Assembly (NCBI RefSeq): GCF_963921235.1
Contig: NC_086109.1
Coordinates: 6,512,001 to 6,576,000 of the forward strand
DNA length: 64,000 nucleotides
Direction of reading: 5' to 3'
DNA from: Mobula hypostoma
Taxonomy: Eukaryota
Shown here: piece after piece, positions 50,706-61,602 of the stretch
Layout of the letters: every line of letters begins with the position of its first letter
Numbering within the stretch: the stretch's first letter is position 1
The notes under the pieces: generated by a model
The model's database searches: none
What the model was told of the DNA's origin: nothing
What the model saw: only the letters and a program-made list of their open reading frames with translations
Translations under genes and position numbers: made by a program

Positions 50706-51094
50706 ACAGTGGTGGTAGTACTGTAGGAGCCAGGCGCCAACTCATTGTCCCTGTGTTGTACTTGTGTTGACCACCCTCACTTCGAGTTAGCGGTATGTGT
50801 TATGTGGGTTTGGGTGGCGGTGAAAATAAACGAAGGTAGTCATCTGTTCGCCTGCACAGAGGGAAAAGGAGGACACACTTTTTTTAATTGACCTTTCGTC
50901 CTTGCTTGAATTTGATTCGATTACGCTCGTCTTGCTTGTTTTTGTTATACATCAATTACGGAAGTGTCAAATGAAATTGCTGTTGGTTTGTAATAAAGGA
51001 TTAAACGTACTTTCTCGACTTGGAATTCAGTTAGCTGGGAGCTCATCAAACCGTGTGATACTCCCTCACTTCACCTCTCAGAGACTTATAGTTT

Positions 51095-51565
51095 GTTTGA
51101 TTGAGAGCATCCTGACTGGCTGCATCACTGCCTGGAATGGGAACCGTACCTCCCTCAATCGCAGGACTCTACAGAGAGTGGTGCGGACAGCCCAGCCCAT
51201 CTGTAGATGTAAACTTCCCACTATTCGGGACACTTATAAAGACAGGTGTGTAAAAAGGGCCCGAAGGATCATTGGGGACCCAAGTCACCCCAACCACAAA
51301 CTGTTCCAGCTGCTACCATTTGGGAAACAGTACTGCAGTGTAAAAGCCAGGACCAACAGGCTCCGGGACAGCTTTTTCCAGCAGGCTATCAGACTGATTA
51401 ATTCATGCTGACACAACTGTATTTCTATGGTATATTGATTGTCCTGTTGTACATACTATTTATTATAAATTATGATAAATTGCACATTCAGACAGAAATG
51501 TAACATAAAAGATTTTTACTCCTCATGTATGTGAAGGATGTAAGTAATAAAGCCAATTCAATTCT
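51095..51565 (+). mobile_element. Rex1-like LINE 3' end
   Basis: IESILTGCITAWNG...LQRVVRTAQ...TNRLRDSFFQQAIRLIN*. Confidence 0.8.
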
Positions 51566-51851
51566 TCCTCTCTGTCATCAGATTTCTGAATGGTCCATGA
51601 ACCCATCAACACTAATTTGTTAATCCTTTTTTTGCACCTTTTTTGGTAATTTATACTAATTTTATGCCTTTGCACTTTTCTACTGCCACAAGATAGTACA
51701 TTTCATATCATAGATCACTGACAATAAACCAGATTCTGATTTCTGCTTTACTTCCCCTTTCGCCAATTTATTTATGTATAGAGTGGACAGTCTGAATGGT
51801 ATGTAGACTGCATTTGTTCACTGTAGTCTGTATGTGTGACAATGATAAGTC

Positions 51852-53022
51852 TGTCATGGTCTGGTCCGTGAAGTCCACGTTCTGGTTCACAGTCCGGTCT
51901 GTGGACTCCGGACTCCAGGTCTTCTGGCTGTTCCTTGTTTCAGTTGGGCTTAATCATAGGCACCTGATGCTCATCTTGGGGCTGGGAATATAAGTGGCCC
52001 TAGGTTCGTCTTGTCAATATCCTGTCTTTGCCTCTGTGGGGTAAGTCAGGCTGTCTTTGCCATTACACTGTGGTTGGATCTGTCCTTTCCTCTGTTGGGT
52101 AAGCCAGGCTGTCTTTGCCATCACCCTGAGGCTGGACTGTTCCCTTCCCTTCCCCTTCCTTCTGGAGCCTTGCCTGCAACCTTGTCAAGTTCAACCACTG
52201 GAGTGAGACTGGAGCCTTGCCGTGTCAAGATAAGAAACTGTCTGTCATTGTTTGGAACTGTCTCTCTGTGTCCTCGCCTTCACTAGGTAGGTCCAGCTTT
52301 TTGCCGCTACCTTGAGTTGGAACTGTCTCTGTATCCGTGCCTCTGCTAGGTAGGTCTGGCTGTTTGCCACTACCTAGTGTTGGGAATTGTCTTGTTGTGT
52401 TCAGCATTCTGTGTAGAACCCCGGCCCCAAGTCCTGTTCCCAAGGAGGGATTCAGGCTCTGTGTTCCATGTCCCTGTGTTCCTGTCTCTCAAGTCCAAGG
52501 CTCCATGTTCCTGTGCTCCAGACCAAGGCTCTGTGTTCCTGTCCTCCCCAAGACCAAGGCTCTGTGTTCTGCATTCCTGTCATCCCACGTCCAAGGCTCA
52601 GCTGTTCCTGAGTACCAAGTCAAGGCTTTGTGTTCTTGTCCTGTCCATCTGCTTCGTCCTGTGCTGGAGTTCCCTCATCCTGCCCAGGAGTCTCTCGTTC
52701 TGTCCTGTCCTGTAGCCTTGCCTAGTCCTGTCTCCCAAGACCATGTCATGTCTTCGCCTAGTTCTGGAGTCCGAGCCCGAGTCAAGACCCAGGTTTTGGG
52801 TCCTTGTCCAGTCTCCGGCTCAGAGTCCAAGCCCAGGCTCCTAGTTCCCAGTTCCTTGTTCTGGTCCCACTTGCCTAGCCAATGTCCTAGCCCAAGTCTG
52901 TGTTCTTGTCCCAGCTCTCTAGTCAAGTCCTGTTTCTAGTACTGCACTTCAGTGCCTGTGTCTTGCATTTGGGTCCTGTCTTCAGCACCCCGTTCCCCTC
53001 CCCCCCCCCCGCCATTATGACA
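51852..53022. mobile_element. Solo LTR (1171 bp) with 5-bp TSD
   Basis: aagtc|TGTCAT...ATGACA|aagtc (TSD 51847-51851 and 53023-53027); TATA-like aatataag near 51990; internal imperfect repeats of ccaaggctctgtgttc. Confidence 0.85.
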
Positions 53023-53184
53023 AAGTCTATTAATAATTGTTAGGAAAGATATGCATGTGGACTTCCTGATGGAAAATGATCCAAATCAGAGACCGTAAAC
53101 AGAGAAGGAGAAGCTCTCTATATGGATCAGGTGGGAACTTAAATAATATAGTGCAAGATAGCACCAATAAAATATATTTCATAA

Positions 53185-53655
53185 TGCAGATGGAATACAG
53201 TGTGGGGAAGTGCACCTTGGTAGAAGGAATAAAGGAGTAGACTATTTTCTAAATGGGAGGAAAATTCAAAAATCTGATGTGCAAAGGGACTTGAAAGTCC
53301 TCATGCAGGATTCCCGAAAGTTTAACTTGCAGGTTGAGTTGGTGGTGAGGAAGTCCAATGTAATGTTAGCGTTCATTTTGACTAGAATATAAAAGCAAGG
53401 ATGCAATGCTGAGGCTTCATAAGGGATTAGTCAGACTGCACTTGGAGTATTGTGAGCAGTTTAGGGCCCCTTATCTCGGAGAGGATGTGCTGGCATTGGA
53501 GAGGGTCCAGAGGAGTTCACTAGAATGATCATGGGAATGAAAGGGTTAATGTATGAGAAGGGTTTGATGACTCTGGGTCTGTACTCACTGGAGTTTAGAA
53601 GAATGAGGCGGGGATCTCATCGAAATCTATCGAATACTGGGAGGCCTAGACAGTA
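53185..53655 (+). mobile_element. CR1 RT fragment
   Basis: gcagatggaatacagtgtggggaagtg...gagtttagaagaatgagg. Confidence 0.8.
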
Positions 53656-54959
53656 GACTTGCTCCATCATTGAAATGTTCCCACAATCAATAAACTCATT
53701 TTCAAAGACTCTTCGTCTCATGTTCTCAATATTAATTGCTTATTCATTTATTATTATTGTTTCTTCTTTTTCTATTTTCACAGCCTGTTGTCCTCTGCAC
53801 TCTGGAGGAACGTTCTAGTTGGGCAGTCTTTCGTTGATTCTGTTCTGGTTATTGTTCTCTCAATTTAGTTTAGGATGCCCACAAAAATGAATCTCAGGGT
53901 TGTATATGGTGACATACATGTACCTTGATAATAACAGTTACTTTGAACGTGAATATCCTAGCCTGTCCAGCCTCTCCCTATATTATTACTCAGCCCCTCA
54001 AGTTCTGGCAACTTTCTTATTCATCGGCTATACACTCTTCCCAGGTTAATGACATGTATCCTTCAACCAGGCAACCAAAAGTCACTCAATACTCCAAGCG
54101 TGGCTTTACCAATGCTGTATCCTGTACAACCTCAACAAAATCCTCCATCCCGCCCCCGCCCCCCACCCCAGCAGGATAAGTGAACCAATGGTACGGTACG
54201 GGGCATCACAGTAGTAGATCCAATCACAAACAAGAGAAAATCTGCAGATGCAGGAAATCTGAGCAATCTTCCTTCCTACAGTGGACGGGCTGAGGTGCAC
54301 TGAGGACGGGACGGGGGATCTGTGGCAGGCAACGCAGGCAAGTTTCAGATCTCTGGGCATCCGATTGGGAAGCCAGTGATGTGTTCAGAACCATTTCTCG
54401 GAGCGACACGATGAAGAGCGGACCGTGCGGCAGGGATGATGTGGTGTCATTAATGAATCATCCCTGGCAAGGAGGGGTGATGGTGCGGGGGGATCTCAAA
54501 TGTGGCTTGAGGCTGGTACAGGGACAATACCAATGTGGGGCACGAATCTGGGAGGGAATGGATGGGGATCCAGTGGGGATGGGACAGAGATCTGATGGGG
54601 ACAGTGATCTTGTGGGGGCGGGAGGCGGATCTGGTGGGGGGACGGACAAGGATCGAATCAGTACGGGACCGGGTCCTAGTGGGGACGGACAGAGATCGAG
54701 TGTGACCGGGATAGGGATCTACTGAGGATGCGATAGGGGATCTACTAAAAACGGGATGGGGGAATCTAGTGGGCATGGGACGGGACAGAAATTTGATGAG
54801 GACAGGGATCAAGTGGCAACGGGACAAGGAAATTTGGTGAGGACGGACAGGGATCGAGTGGGAACAGGACGGGGAATCTGGTGAGGACGGGCAGGGGTCT
54901 ACTGAGTACGGGACAGGGTATCTGTGATATGCAGCGAAGGAACGTTTCAGATTTCTGGG

Positions 54960-55200
54960 CTGTCCCGATTCTAGACCCCGTCCGGTTCACCGAGCTGCGG
55001 GTGGACAGGGCGCTGCCGGCACTCTGTTCGCTTGACGCATGCGCTGCCGGCGATGGCGGTAACCAACGCGTCACCCGGGCAACGAATTGCAACAGCGCAG
55101 CGGCGGCGGCAACGGCAGCATGGCCAAGGTCTGGGCCGGGGAGCGGGTCCGGGCCCTGGCAGAGTCCTGGCGCCCTGCGGGTCTGACGCGGAGAGATTCC
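54960..55200 (+). pseudogene. Degenerate copy of the CpG-rich promoter/first exon (donor lost)
   Basis: Paralogous to about 61420-61650; X-box gtcacccgggcaac 55070-55083; ATG 55120; AG|gtgagt replaced by CG|gggagc. Confidence 0.5.
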
Positions 55201-55339
55201 CCTCTTCCAGCCCGCCGGGGGATTCCCTTCTCCTCTCTCGCGGAGCTCACTTCCTCCGATCACCATGAGTGCGGAGTCCTAAATTTAAACCCAGAGACTG
55301 TCCACCCACCTCTCCTGGGTGGTGACCCCCACCCACTAC

Positions 55340-55846
55340 TTAAGAATGCAGTGGATTCAATCCCAGATATCCAGGCCTCTGGCACCCGGGAGGCAACCAT
55401 ACCATCCAGGAATCCTGGTCTCGCCCACAGAACCTCCTGTCCGTTCCCCTAATTAATGAAACGCCTATCTCACCTCTTCTCTCCCTTCCCTTCTGAGTCA
55501 CAGAGGCAGACTCAGTGCCAGACCCCACCCCTAACACTGTCCAAAATGATATACCTGTTGTTGAGGGGGATGGACACAGGGGCACTCCGCACTGGCTCCT
55601 TAACCCCTTTCCCCTTCCTGACTGTCACCCAGTTTCCTGTGTCCTGCAGCTTGGGTGTAACTACCTCCCTATATTCCTATCTATCAGCCCCTCAGCCCCC
55701 CCGAATACGGAGTTCATCCCGTTCCATCTCCAACTCTTTAACGTGGTTCGTTAGAAGCTGCAGCGGGATGCACTTCCCGCAGTCGTAGTCGTCAGGGACG
55801 CTGGAGGTCTCCTTGCCTTCCCACATCCCACAGGAGGAGCATTTCA
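55340..55846 (-). mobile_element. CR1 ORF1 fragment (zinc finger/leucine zipper and start of esterase)
   Basis: Minus strand reads CSSCGMW...YDCGKC, then IRGTDRRFCGRDQDSWMV. Confidence 0.8.
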
Positions 55847-56330
55847 CTATTCTGAGCAGATATAAAGGGGGGGGAGGGGGAAAGCTATTCTTTCCTTTGC
55901 TTTTTTTTTCTGACAGAAGCCTCTCTTTGTTTGGTACAGTTTATTGTGAGACGATGCTGTACCAAACCAGACTGACATGACCGATGTCAGGATGGCAGTG
56001 TAGAATTGCACCAGTATGTTCTGGGCAAGGAAAAGAGAATCTGACATCTGTACCAGGGGAGTCGGGGTGCTGTAGTATTAAATCCATAAGACGGAGCAAG
56101 TCAGATATATTTAAAACATTCCCCTTTCATTATAAACCAATATCCTTTTGTTCTAGACCTCCGTCCTTGGAAAAAAAAAGGCTGCAACTATCTACCCTAA
56201 CTGTGTTCTGCATAATTTTATCAAACTCCGTCAGATCAGCGTCCTTCTCCCCAAAGAAAACAATCTCAATTTAATTCGTCGCTTGTAAACAAAACCCTCC
56301 AGTTTTGAAAACGTCGCCGTGCCTATCACG

Positions 56331-56403
56331 GTTTCTGTAGTGTAGCGGTTATCACGTTCGCCTCACACGCGAAAGGTCCCCAGTTCGATCCTGGGCAGAA
56401 ACA
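56331..56403 (+). tRNA. tRNA-Val (anticodon CAC)
   Basis: GTTTCTGTAGTGTAGCGGTTATCACGTTCGCCT-CAC-ACGCGAAAGGTCCCCAGTTCGATCCTGGGCAGAAACA; full cloverleaf; TTTT terminator at 56405-56408. Confidence 0.96.
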
Positions 56404-57801
56404 GTTTTGACTCGTGCTTCAGTTTCTCACGAGTTTCGGCCGATCTGCCCGGTTAGTGTAACTTTTGGGGTTGATTGGGGTTTAATTCACTCCGCAGACT
56501 GTGAAGGGTCACTACTCGTAGGTCTGCTCCAGGTGCTCCGGTTTCCTTGCAGATTCCAAAGGCCCCCACAAAATGCTGGAGGAACTCAGTAGGCCGGACA
56601 GCATCCATGGAAAACAGCACCGTCGGCGCCTCGGGCATGAACCCTCCAGCAGTCTCTTGTTTGTGGGTGCGTATCACAAGTCCAGGTTATGTTACTGCTG
56701 ACACAAAGCTGACAATCTCTGAAGAGTATTGATAATGGCTAGGGTCACCCGTCTTATAAAGAGACTGCCCAGAAGAACGCGATGGCAAACCACTTCTGTA
56801 AACATTTGGTCATGGACAGGAAGAAAGAAGAGGAACTCTGCCGTTAACGTGGGCACAGGACAGGGCTGCTGTCTGGAGACTCGGCAGAACCTAGTGGGCA
56901 TGGGACGGGACAGAAAGTTGATTTGGTGAAGGTCCCGACCGGACTGCCACTCCTAGCTAGCCGTTCGGGGCTGGGGGGAGGTTGGAGGGGAGACGGGATC
57001 ACATCAGCCTGGTGGGGTTGGGACATGCTCCTCCAGCCAAGGGCTCCCCCAAACATCTCAGCAGCAAGGAGGGTGGTCCAGTGCAAAGCTAACGTCTCTG
57101 GCCCTGCATCGTGTGTGGGTTCGCCTCTCCCTGCACCAACACTCATCTGCTCTTCTCTCCTGGCTCTCCGGTTTCGAGGATGTGTATCAAAGGTTTCTTA
57201 AATGATTGTGAATAAAGCGACTTCTCGGAGGGGGGAGGGGGTAGATTAAAAACAGACGGAAGACCATGATCGCCCACGTCAAACGGCATATAATGATGAT
57301 GACTGTCAGTAAATTGTGGGCACGCGGAGGGGACACTCACTAATCCACACCTCCCACCCCAGGTATTTATTAACCTGGGAGTTAAGGGGATAGCCCAATA
57401 GATAAACGGCAGTGAACATTTGGAATACAGTAATTACCGGTTACGGACATGGAGTTAATAACATCAAATACGAGCGGTTTGTGGTTCTTGGAACGGTGAG
57501 AGAAATGGAATTATTCTGAAATTCGTTCCTGGATGCTGTTACTGATGAGACCACCATTTAATGGCCACTTGTCAAAGATATTTAGTGTAATTGAGTGGTT
57601 TGCAGGCAATTTCATTCAGTAGCTAAATGTAAGTTACACGGCCGTCAACAGGTCAACGCAGAATACAGTGTCTCCGGTACAGTATATGGTTCAATCGGGC
57701 CTCCTCAATGTGGCCCTTATTTCCGCCTCCGCCAAAAGCGTGTCCCAGGCAACGTTGATTATTCAGTAGCAAAAACCCAATCTGCCGCAGCTAGTCATAG
57801 T

Positions 57802-57867
57802 CATAGTCATAGTCATACTTTATTGATACCGGGGGAAATTGATCAATAAAGTATGACTATGACTATG
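57802..57867. repeat. Perfect 26-bp inverted repeat (LINE-tail derived hairpin)
   Basis: catagtcatagtcatactttattgat (57802-57827) and atcaataaagtatgactatgactatg (57842-57867). Confidence 0.9.
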
Positions 57868-57907
57868 GACTCAGCAGGCCAGGCAGAGGGATGGATGAGA
57901 CCCAGCA

Positions 57908-58043
57908 TCAGTCCTGACGAAGGGTCTCATTCCGAAGTGTAGACTGTACCTCTTCCTAGAGATGCTGCCTGGCCTGCTGCGTTCACCAGCAACTTTGATG
58001 TGTGTTGCTTGAATTTCCAGCATCTGCAGAATTCCTCGTGTTT
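57908..58043 (+). mobile_element. PLE terminal repeat, hammerhead motif degenerate
   Basis: cagtcctgacgaagggtctcattccgaagtgtagactg...ttccagcatctgcagaattcc. Confidence 0.8.
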
Positions 58044-58519
58044 AAGTTAAGACCAGTGGTATTTTCCAAAGTCTGGATAAATGGCTGTAATTCCAAGAAA
58101 CACATCTGAGACTATAGTTAATTGATGAGATTAAATAGATATGGATGACTTAAGAAATTTAAACCCTGAAATGGAATGGAAATGTTTGAGTCAGTGGATT
58201 GGAATGAAGGCTCCACTTACACACACCTTCATACATGCCAGTCTGCAACAGTTCTGCACGTTTATTTACATTATTCCGTATACTGCATCATTCAAACATG
58301 ACACCTTCAGTCCTTTATTCACCCTTTTCGCTTCTGTCTGCTTTTTACATTGCAACATCCCGTTGACTGCAATTTTGCTCTGTCAACAGCCTCTTCTCAC
58401 TACACATCGCTCTGTTTGTAAGCCCGCTACTTCATCTTCGCCACTATTATCCGATACCTCTTACATTTAAGTATAGGCAGCTCAGGCACAAGTCACACCA
58501 TGCTGAACCTTTTAATTCC

Positions 58520-58920
58520 TGACTTTGTTTGAGGTCTTACCAACATCTGCCTCCACAACCTCTCCACTAACTGTTCTGGTACTCTGGTTCCCAATCCCCT
58601 GCAACTCTAGTTTAAACCCCTCTGTGTCGTACTAACAAGTTTTCTCACTAAGAAGGCTTAGAATTAGAATCCCCTCTTCCTTTTCAGATGCAAACCGTCC
58701 CTTCTATACAGGTCCCACCTTCCCTTTGAAAAGAGCCCAATGATCCAAAAATCGTATGCCCTCCCTCTTACACCAACTCCATTGCCACATATTAAACTGT
58801 AAAATCTTCCTAGTTCTGAACTCACTTTCACGTGGCAGGGGTAGCAATCCTGGAGGTGCTGCCCTTTATCTTGGCACCCAACTCCCTGAACTGCCTATGC
58901 AGAACCTCGTCACTCATCCT
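58520..58920 (-). mobile_element. CR1 ORF1/ORF2 junction fragment
   Basis: ctctagtttaaacccc, gtcccaccttccc, caatgatccaaaaatc resemble positions 730-1050. Confidence 0.65.
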
Positions 58921-59015
58921 ACCGCGTCCTTCTCTCCAAAGAAAACAATCTCAATCTAATTCGTTTCTTGTAAACAAAACCCTCCAGTTTTGAAAACGTC
59001 GCCGTGCCTATCACA

Positions 59016-59088
59016 GTTTCTGTAGTGTAGCGGTTATCACGTTCGCCTCACACGCGAAAGGTCCCCAGTTCGATCCTGGGCAGAAACA
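59016..59088 (+). tRNA. tRNA-Val (anticodon CAC), identical to the copy at 56331
   Basis: Same 73-nt sequence; TTTT 3 nt downstream. Confidence 0.96.
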
Positions 59089-59130
59089 TAGTTTTGACTC
59101 TTGCTGCTGTATCCCAAAGGAGAATGTGAT

Positions 59131-59310
59131 TCAAGCAACACACATCAAAGTTGCAGGTGAACGCAGCAGGCCAGGCAGCATCTCTAGGAAGAGGTACAGT
59201 CGACGTTTCAGACCGGGACCTTTCGTCAGTCCTGACGTGGCCTGCTGCGTTCACCAGCAACTTTGATGTGTGTTGCTTGAATTTCCAGCATCTGCAGAAT
59301 TCCTGTTGTT
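59131..59310. mobile_element. Fold-back PLE mini-element with 12-bp TSD, about 40 bp downstream of the tRNA
   Basis: ggagaatgtgat at 59119-59130 and 59311-59322; inverted arms caagcaacacacatcaaagttgc and gcaactttgatgtgtgttgcttg. Confidence 0.88.
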
Positions 59311-59559
59311 GGAGAATGTGATCCGAACGGTCTCATTCAGCTGTCCGAAGATCTCGCCGCAAAAACAAAACATGGGATACTCCTGTAGTTCACCGTAGCG
59401 GTTAGCGTGACGCTTTACAGCCGGCAGCTGTATAGTTTGGGGTTTCATTCGCTCCGTTGGCTGTGAAGTTCTCCCCGTAGGTCTGCTCCAGGTTCTCCGG
59501 TTTCCTTGCAGATTCCAAAGACGTGCTGTTTGAGTGCCGGGGTGGAGGTACATTTTAAC

Positions 59560-59832
59560 CATTTAATGGAAAAAGCCTATCCACGTCAACTCTATCTATC
59601 CCCCTCATAATTTTAAATACCTCCGTCAAGTCACCCCTCAACCTTCTACGTTCCAAAGAATAAAGACCCAACTTGTTCAACCTTTCTCTGTAACTTAGGT
59701 GATGAAACCCAGGTAACATTCTAGTAAATCTTCTCTGTACTCTCTCTATTTTTTTGACATATTTCCTATAATTCGGTGACCAAAACTGTACACAATAATC
59801 CAAATTTGGCCTCACCAATGCCTTGTACAATT
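59560..59832 (-). mobile_element. CR1 RT C-terminal fragment
   Basis: [18 protein letters not shown]...RRRLRGDLTEVFKIM. Confidence 0.9.
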
Positions 59833-60676
59833 TCTCTCTACCAAAGGAGGTGTAAGGCGCTCCTTTCCTTCACTCGCCTGCAGGTCACCCCTGGGCAAGG
59901 TGTAGCACCTGCTTAGCCCCCCCCCCCATCAGGGTCATGTGAAGCCATGGGATCAGGTGGTGGATGGTCGTATGAGCAGCTGGTGCATATCACAAGTCTT
60001 GATTATGTGACACTGACGCCAGGCAGACAATCTCTGAAGGGTATTGATAACGGCCTGTAGCAAAATTTGCCAGGGGCAAACATGGTCACGGATAGAGATA
60101 AGAACAAGCAGATCAAAGACAGATGGGAGATCGTGATCGACCACGTCATACGACCCGGCACATAATGATGATGCCTGTTAGGGTTAGTAAATTGTGGGCA
60201 TGTTATGGTGGCGCGGAGGGGGCACTCACTGACCCAAACCTCCCACTCCAGGTATTTATTAACCTGGAAGTTAAGAGGGTGGCCCAATAGGTGGCCCCAG
60301 TGAATATTTGGATTAATTTACTGGTTAAGAACGTGGAGTTAATAACATCAGTTGGGACCAGTTTGCGATGCTTGGGACGGAATTACCTGCTGAATTCCTC
60401 CAGCATTTTGTGTGTTGCTGTAATTATTTTAATATTTGTTCCTGGATGCTGGTGTTACTGATGAGACCAGCGTTTGATGGCCACTTGTGAAAGACATTTA
60501 TATCACGCCGAACTGCATTCGCTGTTGAGATCAGATTTATTTATTTTCTGAATTTCATAGTGACGGTTTTGAGGATTTAGAGAGGAGTTAAGGGTCAGGT
60601 GAGTGTTGGCGATACGGTGCGGAACAGGACCTTCGGCCCCGATGAGACGCACCGCCCAGCAATCCATCTAATTAAC

Positions 60677-61046
60677 TTCAGGGACAGTGATGTGGGGAAA
60701 CTAGAGGTCAGATTGGAGATTAGGTACGAGGATGTGGAGGAGTTCGAGGTCAGATCAGGGATTAGGTACGGGGATGTGGAGGAGTTAGAGGTCAGATTAA
60801 GGTTCAGGGACGGGGATGTCAGGGAGTTAGAGGTCAGATTAAGGTTCAGGGAAGGGGATGCGGGGGAGTTAGATGTCAGATTAAGGTTCAGGGATAGGGA
60901 TGCGGGGGAGTTAGAGGTCAGACTAAGGTTCAGGGATGGGGATGTGGAGGAGTTAGAGGTCAGATTAGGGTTCAGGGACGGGGATGTGGGGGAGTTAGAG
61001 GTCAAAATAAGGTTCAGGGACGAGGATGTGGGGGAGTTAGATGTCA
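60677..61046. repeat. Minisatellite, 42-bp unit, about 9 copies
   Basis: Consensus ttcagggacggggatgtgggggagttagaggtcagattaagg; explains the periodic ORFs at 60595 and 60599. Confidence 0.92.
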
Positions 61047-61419
61047 GCTCTTTTGCTCGTGTTCGAAGTCTAACAACGTGGACGGGTGACGAAGCACATC
61101 AGGAGTTGAGGCATCCGTCCGCGATTGGGAAGCCAGCGATGTGTTCAGAACCATTTCTCGGAGCGACACGATGAAGAACGAACCGTGGGGCAGGGGTGGT
61201 GTGGTGTCATGAGCCAGGATTAACGAATCATCCCTGGCAAGGAGGCGTGATGCTGCGGGGCATCTCAAATGCGGTTTGAGGCTGGGACTGGGATTCCTGG
61301 ATCTGGTGGGGACGGCCAAGGATCGAGTGGGAGCGGGATAGGGATCTACTGAGCACGCGATAGGGGATCCAGTGGGAACGGAACGGGGACCTGTGGCAGG
61401 CACTGAAGGAACATTTTAG

Positions 61420-61583
61420 ATTTTCGGACTGTTGCCAATCCGGACCCCGCTCGGTTAACCGAGCTGCGAGAGGACCTGGCGCTGCCGGCACTCTGTTCGC
61501 TTGGCGCATGCGCTGCCGGCGATGGGCCGTAACCAACGCGTCACCCGGGCAACGGATTGCAACAAAGCAGCGGCGGCGGCAAC
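61420..61583 (+). promoter_or_regulatory. CpG-rich candidate promoter/5' UTR with NRF1 palindrome and RFX X-box
   Basis: GCGCATGCGC 61504-61513; GTCACCCGGGCAAC 61540-61553 fits GTNRCC(N0-3)RGYAAC; high CpG density in an otherwise CpG-poor window. Confidence 0.6.
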
Positions 61584-61602
61584 ATGGCCAAGGTCTGGGC
61601 AG
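61584..61602 (+). CDS. Candidate first coding exon of an unidentified gene (MAKVWA...)
   Basis: Strong Kozak context ggcaacATGG; consensus donor CAG|gtgagt; downstream exons not securely identified. Confidence 0.45.

Noticed and set aside
52337..52939. 200-aa Cys/Pro/Ser-rich ORF
   Set aside because: Lies inside the solo LTR's low-complexity repeats
54766..55452. Overlapping 100-166 aa ORFs in the GC-rich cassette
   Set aside because: Expected from stop-codon scarcity at high GC; indels between the two cassette copies do not preserve these frames
60677..61046. CRISPR-like regular repeat
   Set aside because: Units are contiguous with no unique spacers; eukaryotic context, no cas genes
60595..61174. 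191-aa and 136-aa periodic ORFs
   Set aside because: Artefacts of the 42-bp minisatellite; no splice or homology support
61160..61185. cgatgaagaacg resembles the conserved 5.8S rRNA motif
   Set aside because: Only about 12 nt match; the flanks do not follow 5.8S and there is no rDNA context
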